Source: Candidatus Methylomirabilia bacterium (GTDB lineage Bacteria; Methylomirabilota; Methylomirabilia; Rokubacteriales; CSP1-6). From it: 33,234 nt of DNA. The DNA is taken from positions 1-33,234 of the forward strand of contig JBGPYK010000001.1 in assembly GCA_041493245.1 (NCBI GenBank), given 5' to 3'. Positions 16,510-24,434 of this stretch are shown piece by piece. The notes beneath the pieces were generated by a model. That model was not told the DNA's origin. It did no database searches and saw only the letters and a program-made list of their open reading frames with translations. Within the stretch, counting starts at the first letter, position 1; the number at the start of each line of letters is the position of its first letter. The position numbers and the translations under genes were made by a program.

Positions 16510-17466
16510 CTACGGGTCAGTCAGCGATCTGCAGTCCACCACGAACTTGGGTGAGACGATATGGTACTCAAACCCGGTGACCGAATCAACGTCGGTGTTG
16601 TCGAAGATCAGCGAGTGCGCGACGCGGATCGCGTGCCGTACGGTGACGTTCGCGCCGATCACGCAGTTCTCGATCTTCGCCTGCGGGTTCAGCCGAGTGT
16701 TCCTCCCGATGAGGGCCTGGGGCGGACAGCTCCGAGCCTGCACTAGGTTGCAGCGCAACAGGTCCGCCGGGGCCGTCAGGTTGATGTCGTCGACGACGGC
16801 GTTTGCCGTCCGCACAGGGTGGCCGTCGTCGATCATCACCTGAATGGCATCGGTGATCTCGTACTCGTCTCGCATGGCCGTCCGCGGCGTCCGCCGGATC
16901 GCATCGAAGATCGTCAGGTCGAACAGGTACAGCCCCACGCCCTTCAGCCGGCTGGTCGTGTGGCGCGGCTTCTCCACCACGCGGGTGGCGAAGCCGTCCG
17001 CCGACAGCGTCACTGAATAGTTCCGTCGCACCGCCGCGGGATCGTCCTCTTCCTTGGTCGCCAGGACCGCGCCCCCGCCCTGGCCCTCGAACAACTCGAA
17101 CATCAACCCCAACTCCCCCGGCACGAAGAAGATGTCCCCCAGAAAGAGCAGGAACGGCCGCTGTACCTCGGGCTCGATCTGCCCGACCGCATGGGCTATG
17201 CCCAGGTGCCGGGTCTGCTCAACGTATCGAATGTCGACGTCCAACCTCGACCCGTCGCCCAGCAGCTTGGCAATCTCGAAGCCTTTGTGACCCAGCAGCA
17301 CGATGACGTCCCGGATGCCGATCGCCTTCATGATCTCGATCTGGTGCTCGATCAGGGGCCGGTTGCAGACGGGGAGGATCGGCTTCGGGTACCGTTCGCT
17401 GAACGGCGCCATCCGCGTCCCTCGTCCGGCCGCCAGGATGACACCCGTGTACTCACGCATCGCCAT
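16510..17466 (-). CDS. Sugar-1-phosphate nucleotidyltransferase with C-terminal left-handed beta-helix
   Basis: GVILAAGRGTRMAPFSERYPKPILPV (GxGTRxxPxxxxxPK) and a C-terminal hexapeptide-repeat-like region (IGRNTRLNPQAKIENCVIGANVTV). Confidence 0.85.
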   Translation of the reverse strand: MAMREYTGVILAAGRGTRMAPFSERYPKPILPVCNRPLIEHQIEIMKAIGIRDVIVLLGHKGFEIAKLLGDGSRLDVDIRYVEQTRHLGIAHAVGQIEPEVQRPFLLFLGDIFFVPGELGLMFELFEGQGGGAVLATKEEDDPAAVRRNYSVTLSADGFATRVVEKPRHTTSRLKGVGLYLFDLTIFDAIRRTPRTAMRDEYEITDAIQVMIDDGHPVRTANAVVDDINLTAPADLLRCNLVQARSCPPQALIGRNTRLNPQAKIENCVIGANVTVRHAIRVAHSLIFDNTDVDSVTGFEYHIVSPKFVVDCRSLTDP

Positions 17467-17618
17467 GCTCGCGCCCCCGCCTCCCCCAGCTCTGCTCCAG
17501 ACATCGGGCGGGCCGCGGGCGACACGTCCTCCGGCTCCCTCCCGGTCGGCACCACCCCACCGCGCGCCCCGCGATCCTCACCCGCGGCCGTCCCCCCGGA
17601 TGCGCTCCTTCCCCCGGC

Positions 17619-18563
17619 TCAGTCGCTCGCGCCGACACAGCTCCCCCGATACCAGGCGACCGTCCGCGCCAGGCCTTCTCGCGGCGACCATCGCGGCTCG
17701 AACCCGAGCAACGCCCGCGCCTTCTCGATGCTGACGACTCGCCGCGTCTCGCCTCCGGGCTTGCTGGTGTCGAACACCACCTCGCCACGAAAGTCGGTGA
17801 CCTCGACGATCGCCTGAACCAGCTCCCTGATGGAGGTCTCCACGCCTGACGCGAGGTTCACGTACTCCGGCGCCCTGAGCCGCTCCGCGGCGAGCAACGT
17901 CCCCTCGGCCAGGTCTTCCACGTAGAGAAAGTCACGGATCGCGGTTCCGTCGCCCCACACCACCAGACGGTCGTCCTCCAGGCATTTCCGGATGGTCGCC
18001 GGAATCACGTGAGACGTGGCGGGGTCGAAGTTGTCCCGGGGTCCGTAGGCATTGTTCGCCACCACCACGGCAACGTCGAGCCCATACTGCCGGTGGAACA
18101 CCTGGGCCTGCACGACCAGCGACCGCCGGGAGTACCCGTACCCCAAGTGCGCCTCGTACGGCAGTCCCGCGAAGAGGTCCTCCTCCCGCAGGGGCGAGGG
18201 CGCCTGGCTCGGGTACCCGGTCGAGCTGCTCACCGCCACCATCCTCGGGACGCCCGCCCGCCGAGCCGCCTCCATGACCTGCAGGTCGATCAGCGTCGAG
18301 TTGTAGTACTGCACGGCCGGATGGCTCCGGCTGTAACCCATGCCGCCGACGTCGGCAGCCAGGTGCAGGACCACCTCTACCTCTCTCACCGCCTTCAGGC
18401 AGTGGTCGAGCAGGCGCAGGTCGCACTCCCGCGAGCGCGGCACCACGATGTCCCGCTCCGAGACCCCCCGCGTGCTCACCAGACGCTCGACGACGTGGGA
18501 GCCCACGAAGCCTGCCCCGCCCGTCACCAGGACCCGCTTGCCCCGCCAGAAGTCTCGGTCCAC
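17619..18563 (-). CDS. fcl: GDP-L-fucose synthase-like (GDP-4-keto-6-deoxymannose 3,5-epimerase/4-reductase family)
   Basis: Collinear with E. coli Fcl recalled from memory: NAYGPRDNFDPATSHVIPATIRK, VVWGDGTAIRDFLYVED, VFDTSKPGGETRRV. GTG 18563 lies 8 nt after the upstream stop. The track's 573-aa version is an out-of-context extension across the dehydratase gene. Confidence 0.8.
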   Translation of the reverse strand: MDRDFWRGKRVLVTGGAGFVGSHVVERLVSTRGVSERDIVVPRSRECDLRLLDHCLKAVREVEVVLHLAADVGGMGYSRSHPAVQYYNSTLIDLQVMEAARRAGVPRMVAVSSSTGYPSQAPSPLREEDLFAGLPYEAHLGYGYSRRSLVVQAQVFHRQYGLDVAVVVANNAYGPRDNFDPATSHVIPATIRKCLEDDRLVVWGDGTAIRDFLYVEDLAEGTLLAAERLRAPEYVNLASGVETSIRELVQAIVEVTDFRGEVVFDTSKPGGETRRVVSIEKARALLGFEPRWSPREGLARTVAWYRGSCVGASD

Positions 18564-18571
18564 TCTCGCAC

Positions 18572-19669
18572 CTACCAGTCGACTCGGCCCTTCCACCGGT
18601 CGGGGTGTTGGGCAAACCAGCGAATCGTTTCTCCCAAGCCTTCCTCCCAGCTGTAGCACGGTTCCCAGCCCGTGAGGTTTTTCAGCTTGCTGTAATCCAC
18701 GCGGAGCTCGTTCACCTCGCTCTTGCCTTGGCGCGTTCGCTGCCCCGCCGACGCCTGCAGCTGTTTCTCCCCCCAGTAGCCTTGACGCCGACCGATCGCG
18801 ATGATCAGATCGTACCACCCGCTGATCGTGATGGCCCTTCCGGACCCGTAGACGTATACCCCGCCGGGCTCGCCCCAAAGGGTCGCGTGGATGTGTCCGC
18901 GCACCCCGTCCTTCACGAAGCAGAAATCCCTCTTCGACATCACGTACCCCAGCTCGATCGTATTGCGCGCCAGCGCCTGCGTGATGATGGTGCCCGTAAC
19001 GAACCGCGGATTCTGCCGCGGGCCGTAGTTGTTGAACATCCGCGTGACCACGCCCGGGATCCCGTAGGCGCGGTGAAAGCTCCGGGTGAGGAAATCGGCC
19101 GCCACCTTCGACGCCGCGTAGACACTCTGCGGATTCAACGGCGACCGCTCGTCCAGGATCAAGCCCCCGTCCGCATCGAATCGATAGGACTCTTCCACTT
19201 CCTTCAGGACGTTGCCGTATTCCTCCGAGGACCCAGCGGTGTCGATCCGATAGAGGTCGAGATCCAGATCGACGATGGACTGCAGGATGTTCATCGTCCC
19301 CAACGAGTTCGACGCCAGCGTCTCGTAGGGCCGCGCCCACGACTCTCCCACGTGGGCTTGCGCCCCCAGGTGAAAGATGATCGCTTGCCCACCGTCGGCC
19401 TTCAGGGCCTTCAACGCCACGTTGACGGCCTGCTTGTCCGTTAGGTCGCCGCGGTGCACGACGATCCGGTTCTTCAGCCCGACGATGTTGTGCAGCAGTC
19501 CCGACGAGGTGGCACGCACGAACACGTGGACGCCGGCTCCATACTCCAGCAGCGTCTCGGTCAGGTGAGAGCCCACGAACCCGTCCGCGCCCGTGATCAG
19601 AACGGGTCGTCCACCCAGGAGCTCCCGCGCGCTCGCTTCCCTCGCCGGATCACCCAGAACGTTGCTCAT
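18572..19669 (-). CDS. gmd: GDP-mannose 4,6-dehydratase-like NDP-sugar 4,6-dehydratase
   Basis: VLITGADGFVGSHL, FHLGAQAHVGESWARPYET (compare Gmd NLGAMSHVAVSFESPEYT), AGSSEEYG, VYAASKVAAD, FNNYGPRQNPRFVTGTIITQA. ATG 19669 with GAGG 9 nt upstream; GTG 19675 is an alternative. Confidence 0.8.
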   Translation of the reverse strand: MSNVLGDPAREASARELLGGRPVLITGADGFVGSHLTETLLEYGAGVHVFVRATSSGLLHNIVGLKNRIVVHRGDLTDKQAVNVALKALKADGGQAIIFHLGAQAHVGESWARPYETLASNSLGTMNILQSIVDLDLDLYRIDTAGSSEEYGNVLKEVEESYRFDADGGLILDERSPLNPQSVYAASKVAADFLTRSFHRAYGIPGVVTRMFNNYGPRQNPRFVTGTIITQALARNTIELGYVMSKRDFCFVKDGVRGHIHATLWGEPGGVYVYGSGRAITISGWYDLIIAIGRRQGYWGEKQLQASAGQRTRQGKSEVNELRVDYSKLKNLTGWEPCYSWEEGLGETIRWFAQHPDRWKGRVDW

Positions 19670-19732
19670 CCTCACACGCCTCGACTTTCGTGTTGAGCCG
19701 TGAACGGTCCTCTCGATCTCTCGTTGCCGGCG

Positions 19733-20857
19733 TCAGCCGGCACTTGCCACTCCGCGGAATACCCGCAGGGCCCGCCGGGCCGTCTCATCCCAGGAGAACG
19801 CCTGCGCCCGCACCAGACCCCGTGCCCTCAGCGCCAAACGACACGCCTCATCACTCAGAACTTCCAGCATCCCGCGGGCGATATCACCGACGTCGAGGGG
19901 ATCCACGAGGATGGCCGCGTCACCGACGACCTCCGGCAACGACGTCGCCCGCGCGCACACCACCGGCGTGCCGCAAGCCATCGCCTCGACACAGGGAAGC
20001 CCGAACCCCTCGAACAGCGAGGGAAACACCATGAGGTCCGCGGCATTGAAGAAGAAGGGCAAGTCCTCGTCTGGGACGTGCCCCGTGAACCTGACCCGCT
20101 TGTCCGTCAACTTCAGCCGCTCCAGCGCCTCCGCGACCTCCGCCGTCAGCCACTTGTGCTTGCCAACCAGCAGCAGTTGGTGCTCGATGCCCTCCTCGGC
20201 GACGAGCCGCGCGTACGCCTCGAGGAGCCGAGGAACGTTCTTTCTCGGCTGCAAGCTTCCCACGTAGAGGATGAATCGCTCTCCGATTCCAGCATAGCGC
20301 ACCCGGAGCCGCGCCCACGCGTCCTCTCGCGGGATGGGGCGGTACAGCGCGGTGTCCACTCCGCAGCTCACGACCTCGACCTTGTCCTCCGGCAGCCGAT
20401 ACCACTCGACCAGCTGCCGCTTCGAGTACTCCGAGATCGTGAGGACCTTGCGGGCCCTCCGCACCGAGTAAGGGACGAGCTTCGACAGCCGCAACCGCAA
20501 TCCGAGCGGGAAGTGCCCCGGGTACACTTCGTAGGAGACGTCGAAGGCTGTCACGACCATCCGGGCCGTGCAGACGGGCGGGGTCACGTGGACGACATGG
20601 AGGACGTCCACCCGGTCCTTCCAGGCGGCGCGCGGCAGGGTCAGGGGCGTCCGGATCCAGAGCGACTCGGGTCCCACGCACCGCTCGTGGACGTTGACCT
20701 GGCCGACCAGGGGCCGCGAGGGCGGCGTCGCGTAGTAGAGATAGTAGTCGTTCTCCGCGTCGATCCGCGCCAGGGCGCGGGCGAGGTTAACCGAGTACGT
20801 CTCCTCGCCGCCGCGCTGGTGGCCCAGTCGGCTCATGTCCAGGCCGATGCGGATCAT
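19733..20857 (-). CDS. Glycosyltransferase family 4
   Basis: MIRIGLDMSRLGH N-terminus and GT-B C-terminal motif (VFPSLFEGFGLPCVEAMACGTPVV). ATG 20857 was chosen over the track's 20929. Confidence 0.85.
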   Translation of the reverse strand: MIRIGLDMSRLGHQRGGEETYSVNLARALARIDAENDYYLYYATPPSRPLVGQVNVHERCVGPESLWIRTPLTLPRAAWKDRVDVLHVVHVTPPVCTARMVVTAFDVSYEVYPGHFPLGLRLRLSKLVPYSVRRARKVLTISEYSKRQLVEWYRLPEDKVEVVSCGVDTALYRPIPREDAWARLRVRYAGIGERFILYVGSLQPRKNVPRLLEAYARLVAEEGIEHQLLLVGKHKWLTAEVAEALERLKLTDKRVRFTGHVPDEDLPFFFNAADLMVFPSLFEGFGLPCVEAMACGTPVVCARATSLPEVVGDAAILVDPLDVGDIARGMLEVLSDEACRLALRARGLVRAQAFSWDETARRALRVFRGVASAG

Positions 20858-20951
20858 CGGGCGGCCCGGCCGGCGGTGCCGGCCTCCGCTCGGCCACCCC
20901 ACCCCGCTCCAGTTCGACGCCGGACGCACCCCCTCCGGAGCACGGCGGCCC

Positions 20952-21926
20952 TTATCCAGGCCGGCTCACGTGCGGCGGGGACGGCCTCAGCGCGTTCGCC
21001 ACGAGCATCACGAGCGTGCGCACGCCGAGCCCCACGAAGGCGGCCCCCCGCATCGGGCTCAGCGCGGAAGGCACGTCGTGCTTGCAGTAGTATCGATAGG
21101 CGCCCCGGTGGAAATCGATGATCGCGCGCGGCCGCTGCTTGCTGATCATCTGACCCTCGAGGTGGACCACTCGGGCCGAGGGGACCACGTAGAGTTTCCA
21201 CCCGCGGTCCTTCATGCGCCGGCACCAGTCCACGTCGCTCCAGTATACGAAGAAGCCCTCGTCCATCCCGCCGACGTCGTCGATCGTCTCGCGCCGGATC
21301 AGGATGCATGCTGACGACACGCTGTCCACCTCGTATGGCCCCGTCGGTCGCGCGTACGCGCTCGTCAGGTACCGCCGCGAGAACCGGTTGTTGGGGAACC
21401 AGCGTCGCAGCAGCGATCGCCGTCCGAAGAACGCCGCCAGCGGCGTGGGGAAGGCTTTGTGCGCCCCCTGCTCCGTGCCGTCTGCGTACAGGAGCTGGGG
21501 GCCGACGGCCCCCGCCTCCGGGTGCGCCCGCTGAAACCGCATCAGCTCCTCCAGCGCCGCCTGCGGGATCTCCGTGTCGTCGTTCAGGAAGAGGAAGTGG
21601 CGGCCGCGCGCCAGGGAGATGGCCTGGTTCCCGGCCCGGGTCAGGCCCGGATTCTCCGCGTTCGCCACGACCCGCACGTCGGGATGCCGGTCTCCCAGCA
21701 TTCGTACTGTCCCGTCCCGGGAGCTGTTGTCGACGACGATCACCTCGTACGGGATCGCGACACAGGCGGTGCGCAGGCTCCGGAGGCACTGGTCCAGCAT
21801 CGGCGCCCGGTTGTACGTCACGACACCCACCGAGAGCTCGACGGCCGGATCTGGGGGTGCCATCCGGCTCACCCTCGCCCGGCTGCTCTCATCCGCGTCA
21901 CCCACCTCTCCTCTCCTCGGCGCCAT
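20952..21926 (-). CDS. Glycosyltransferase family 2 (GT-A, rhamnosyltransferase-like)
   Basis: SVGVVTYNRAPML, VVDNSSRDGT, FLFLNDDTEI, GGMDEGFFVYWSDVDWCRR. Start is ATG 21926 or ATG 21863. Confidence 0.85.
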   Translation of the reverse strand: MAPRRGEVGDADESSRARVSRMAPPDPAVELSVGVVTYNRAPMLDQCLRSLRTACVAIPYEVIVVDNSSRDGTVRMLGDRHPDVRVVANAENPGLTRAGNQAISLARGRHFLFLNDDTEIPQAALEELMRFQRAHPEAGAVGPQLLYADGTEQGAHKAFPTPLAAFFGRRSLLRRWFPNNRFSRRYLTSAYARPTGPYEVDSVSSACILIRRETIDDVGGMDEGFFVYWSDVDWCRRMKDRGWKLYVVPSARVVHLEGQMISKQRPRAIIDFHRGAYRYYCKHDVPSALSPMRGAAFVGLGVRTLVMLVANALRPSPPHVSRPG

Positions 21927-21929
21927 CCT

Positions 21930-22190
21930 CAGTCCGCTTCGTGTCCGCGTCCTCGTAGAAGTCCTTCACCGAGGCCCGCACGCTGACCCGCCGCAAGGTG
22001 GACTACCGCGTCGACATCGACGCACGCCGTGAGCATCGCATCGGCGTCGCGCACGTCCGCGTGAACGGGTCACACGTCTCCCGCCTGCCCGCCACGGAGG
22101 GACCCCGCGCCGCCCACCCCGTTACGCGTGCCTACCCAGGGCGCATCCGTTAGGGCCGGCCGCCACCCCTGACGCCCCCGCGGTCCGAAC
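21930..22190 (-). pseudogene. Degraded fragment of an extended-SDR epimerase/dehydratase gene
   Basis: The minus strand reads PVHADVRDADAMLTACVDVDAVVHLAAG (from 22066). After a frame change it reads VRASVKDFYEDADTKRT, which is the DxxD...VvHLAA...S..dp core of sugar SDRs. An in-frame TGA lies just upstream, and the fragment is cut off at the GT2 start. Confidence 0.35.
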
Positions 22191-22207
22191 TCGAACTCGG
22201 TCCGCCC

Positions 22208-22873
22208 TCATCCGCCAGCCCGCCGCCGGCTCGACCTGGAGCTCAGCACGACCCCGATGATCTGGATCCGCAGCCCGTCGAGCACGCGCTTGATCTCGCG
22301 AACCTCGGCCCGGCGTCGCTTGCCCGCCGCGATCACGATGACCACACCGTCCACGTGGGGCGCGATCAGCGTCGCTTCCACCGACTCGAGGATCGGCGGG
22401 GAGTCGACGAGCACCAACGGGAACTTCCCGCGCAAGGTGCGCATGACACCCGAGTAGCCGGCCGGCGTCAAGAGCGCCACGGGGTCCGCGACAGCCTCGC
22501 CCACTGGAAGGACGGACAGCCCCGGGACCTCCGTGGCGTGAATCGCCTCGTCCACGCTGGCCTTCTTCGCGATGACATCCGACAGGCCCGGGACCGGCGT
22601 GACCTCGAAGGTCACGTGCAGGGACGGCGCGCGCACGTTCGCCTCCACCAGGAGGACGGGCCCCTGCTCCATCTGGGCCAGCGCGATCCCGATGCGGCTG
22701 ACGATCGTGCTCACCCCGTCCCCCGTCGCCGCGCCTGTGAACAGGATCACCTTCTCCGGCGTCGTGCACGCGGCCCGCAGCCGCGCCGCTAAGCGGACCG
22801 CGTCCTCGGGGACACGAAGGGGCCACATCGGGTCTTCACCGCCATCGGTCTGCGTGTCGAGCTGAGCGCCCAC
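22208..22873 (-). CDS. Stand-alone BY-kinase-like (CpsD/CapB/Wzc C-terminal type) P-loop protein with degenerate Walker A and no Tyr tail
   Basis: ILFTGAATGDGVSTIV (Walker A position, Lys replaced by Val), VLLVEANVRAPSLH (Walker A'), LSVLPVG, LVLVDSPPI (Walker B). The C-terminus SSRSSRRRAGG lacks Tyr. GTG start at 22873. Confidence 0.75.
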   Translation of the reverse strand: MGAQLDTQTDGGEDPMWPLRVPEDAVRLAARLRAACTTPEKVILFTGAATGDGVSTIVSRIGIALAQMEQGPVLLVEANVRAPSLHVTFEVTPVPGLSDVIAKKASVDEAIHATEVPGLSVLPVGEAVADPVALLTPAGYSGVMRTLRGKFPLVLVDSPPILESVEATLIAPHVDGVVIVIAAGKRRRAEVREIKRVLDGLRIQIIGVVLSSRSSRRRAGG

Positions 22874-22876
22874 CCT

Positions 22877-23119
22877 TCACTCGCGCCGTCGGGCGTCCTC
22901 GCCAGGCCGCCCGTCATTGACTCGAGCCCCGACCGCGAGGCGCCGCACCTCTCCCGGCGTGGTCGGCGTCATGTCGCCACAGCGTACCACATCGGGCTCT
23001 TCGGGAAGTCGTGTGGGTGACATCCGGGGGTCGATGGAGCTGAAACCCGCTCTGGGGACGACCCAGAGCGCCCTTGATGGGCGGTGCCCCAGCCGACTCA
23101 TGTCGAGGCCTGTGCGCAT
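22877..23119 (-). pseudogene. Possible N-terminal remnant of a GT4 gene (or an unrelated 80-aa ORF)
   Basis: Begins MRTGLDMSRLGH, against MIRIGLDMSRLGH of the GT4 at 19733-20857, with matching nucleotide stretches (gacatgag..ctggg.cac). Similarity is lost after about 13 codons. It fills the gap between the GT-C stop and the kinase-like start. Confidence 0.3.
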
Positions 23120-23158
23120 GCCAGCCCCGCTCCCGCGCGACGCTCGATCACCGGTCCA

Positions 23159-24433
23159 TCACGCGGACCGGACGTCGCGGTCGGCGCCGCCACCCAAATC
23201 TCCCCTGGTCAACGTCGCGCTCACCCAGCTCCCGATGAACATGGCGACCAGCGCGATCAGCGCATAGTCGACCGGGAGGCGATAGCGGATCCGCGTGTGG
23301 AAGATCGCGTAGATGAAGGCACTCGACACGTACAGCCACGCCAGCAGCACCTCGAACGCCGACAGCGGATACCGCTTTCGGCGGGCCACGCGCACGATGA
23401 AGAGCAGCAGCAGGGGCACGTAGGTGAGGCCCATGACGACCGTCTTCGCCCAGGAGGCCTCGGCTGCTGCGTAATGCTGATTGTAGAAGCTGAAGTGGTT
23501 GAGCACTTTCAAGAAGTAGAAGCCGATCGTCCCCGTCCTGTTCGCCAACATCGCCTTCACGGCTTCCGACGTAAAGTAGGCGCTGCGCTCGACCTCGTTC
23601 ATGGCCGCGGCAGCCGCGTACTGGCGGATCAGAAAATCGACGTCGGCCCCCCCGATCGTCGCGTGCTCCGAGTTTCCCCACAGGAGCGCCGCGCCCGAGC
23701 CCGTCGTGAAGAGGACGAAGGACCCGAACACTAGATAATTCCGGAGCGTCCATAGCCCGGCGACCAGGAACGCCGGCACCACCACCGCCACCGCCGACCG
23801 GATCCTCCGCTCGCGCCTGGTGATCAATAGCCACCCGACGACGACGGCCAGGAAGAACACGAACAGGGGAATCGTGAGGAGGAGACAGCCGAACACCAGG
23901 CCCACCGGCACGAGCGACCGAGTCCGGACCGCTCTGGAGAGGAGGAACAGGACCAGGACGAAGAGCAGCGCGCCGAGCGTCTGGGGAAAGAGCGTGCCGG
24001 CGGCGTAGAAGAGCACGGGGTAGCAGACGACCAGCATCGCCGCGACCACTCCTGCGAAGTCCGAGACGAGGCTCCGCACCATCGCGTAGAGCAGGTAGAT
24101 GGACAGGGCCAGCGCCACGAAGTTGAGGACCCGGAGGGCGGGCACCCCGGCGCCGAGAAAGACCAGCAGGGAGAGGACGAGCGGGTACGCGGGCGCCCGG
24201 GACGCGTTGGGATGCTCGCCGTCAGCCGAGTAGACGTGCTTGTGGGCGACGTTCTTGGCGATCGCGTAGTAGTCGCGCTCGTCGATATAGGGAAGGTGAT
24301 CGCCCAGATAGAACGAGTACGGTATGCCCGCCAGGAGCACCACTCCGACCAGCGTCCCGACGAGGAGGCGCCCCCTCGCCTCCACGGCCCCCGCGATGTA
24401 CCGCGCTGCTCCGGTCACGCCGACCGCGAACAC
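23159..24433 (-). CDS. GT-C fold glycosyltransferase (ArnT/PMT-like, GT39/GT83-type; polyprenyl-phosphate-sugar dependent)
   Basis: ~425 aa with about 10-12 TM helices. First-loop acidic motif LPYIDERDYY and overall ArnT/PMT-like topology. GTG 24433 lies 1 nt after the reconstructed stop of the upstream pseudogene; GTG 24418 is an alternative. The track ORF to 24913 was rejected. Confidence 0.75.
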   Translation of the reverse strand: MFAVGVTGAARYIAGAVEARGRLLVGTLVGVVLLAGIPYSFYLGDHLPYIDERDYYAIAKNVAHKHVYSADGEHPNASRAPAYPLVLSLLVFLGAGVPALRVLNFVALALSIYLLYAMVRSLVSDFAGVVAAMLVVCYPVLFYAAGTLFPQTLGALLFVLVLFLLSRAVRTRSLVPVGLVFGCLLLTIPLFVFFLAVVVGWLLITRRERRIRSAVAVVVPAFLVAGLWTLRNYLVFGSFVLFTTGSGAALLWGNSEHATIGGADVDFLIRQYAAAAAMNEVERSAYFTSEAVKAMLANRTGTIGFYFLKVLNHFSFYNQHYAAAEASWAKTVVMGLTYVPLLLLFIVRVARRKRYPLSAFEVLLAWLYVSSAFIYAIFHTRIRYRLPVDYALIALVAMFIGSWVSATLTRGDLGGGADRDVRSA

Positions 24434-24434
24434 G

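Noticed and set aside
17467-17618. G-rich (sense strand) 152-nt spacer between the Fcl-like and nucleotidyltransferase genes as a G-quadruplex or regulatory element
   Set aside because: The G-tracts are separated by loops of 8-10 nt, so this is not a canonical G4, and the composition is ordinary for this genome.
18564-19340. N-terminal 260-aa extension of the Fcl-like ORF (track ORF 17619-19340)
   Set aside because: The extension runs through the Gmd-like gene in a different frame and has no SDR or other motifs. The Rossmann motif begins right after GTG 18563.
19700-21121. 473-aa plus-strand ORF antisense to the GT4 and GT2 genes
   Set aside because: It has a low-complexity Arg/Pro/Asp/His-rich translation, and the opposite strand carries clear GT4 and GT2 signatures.
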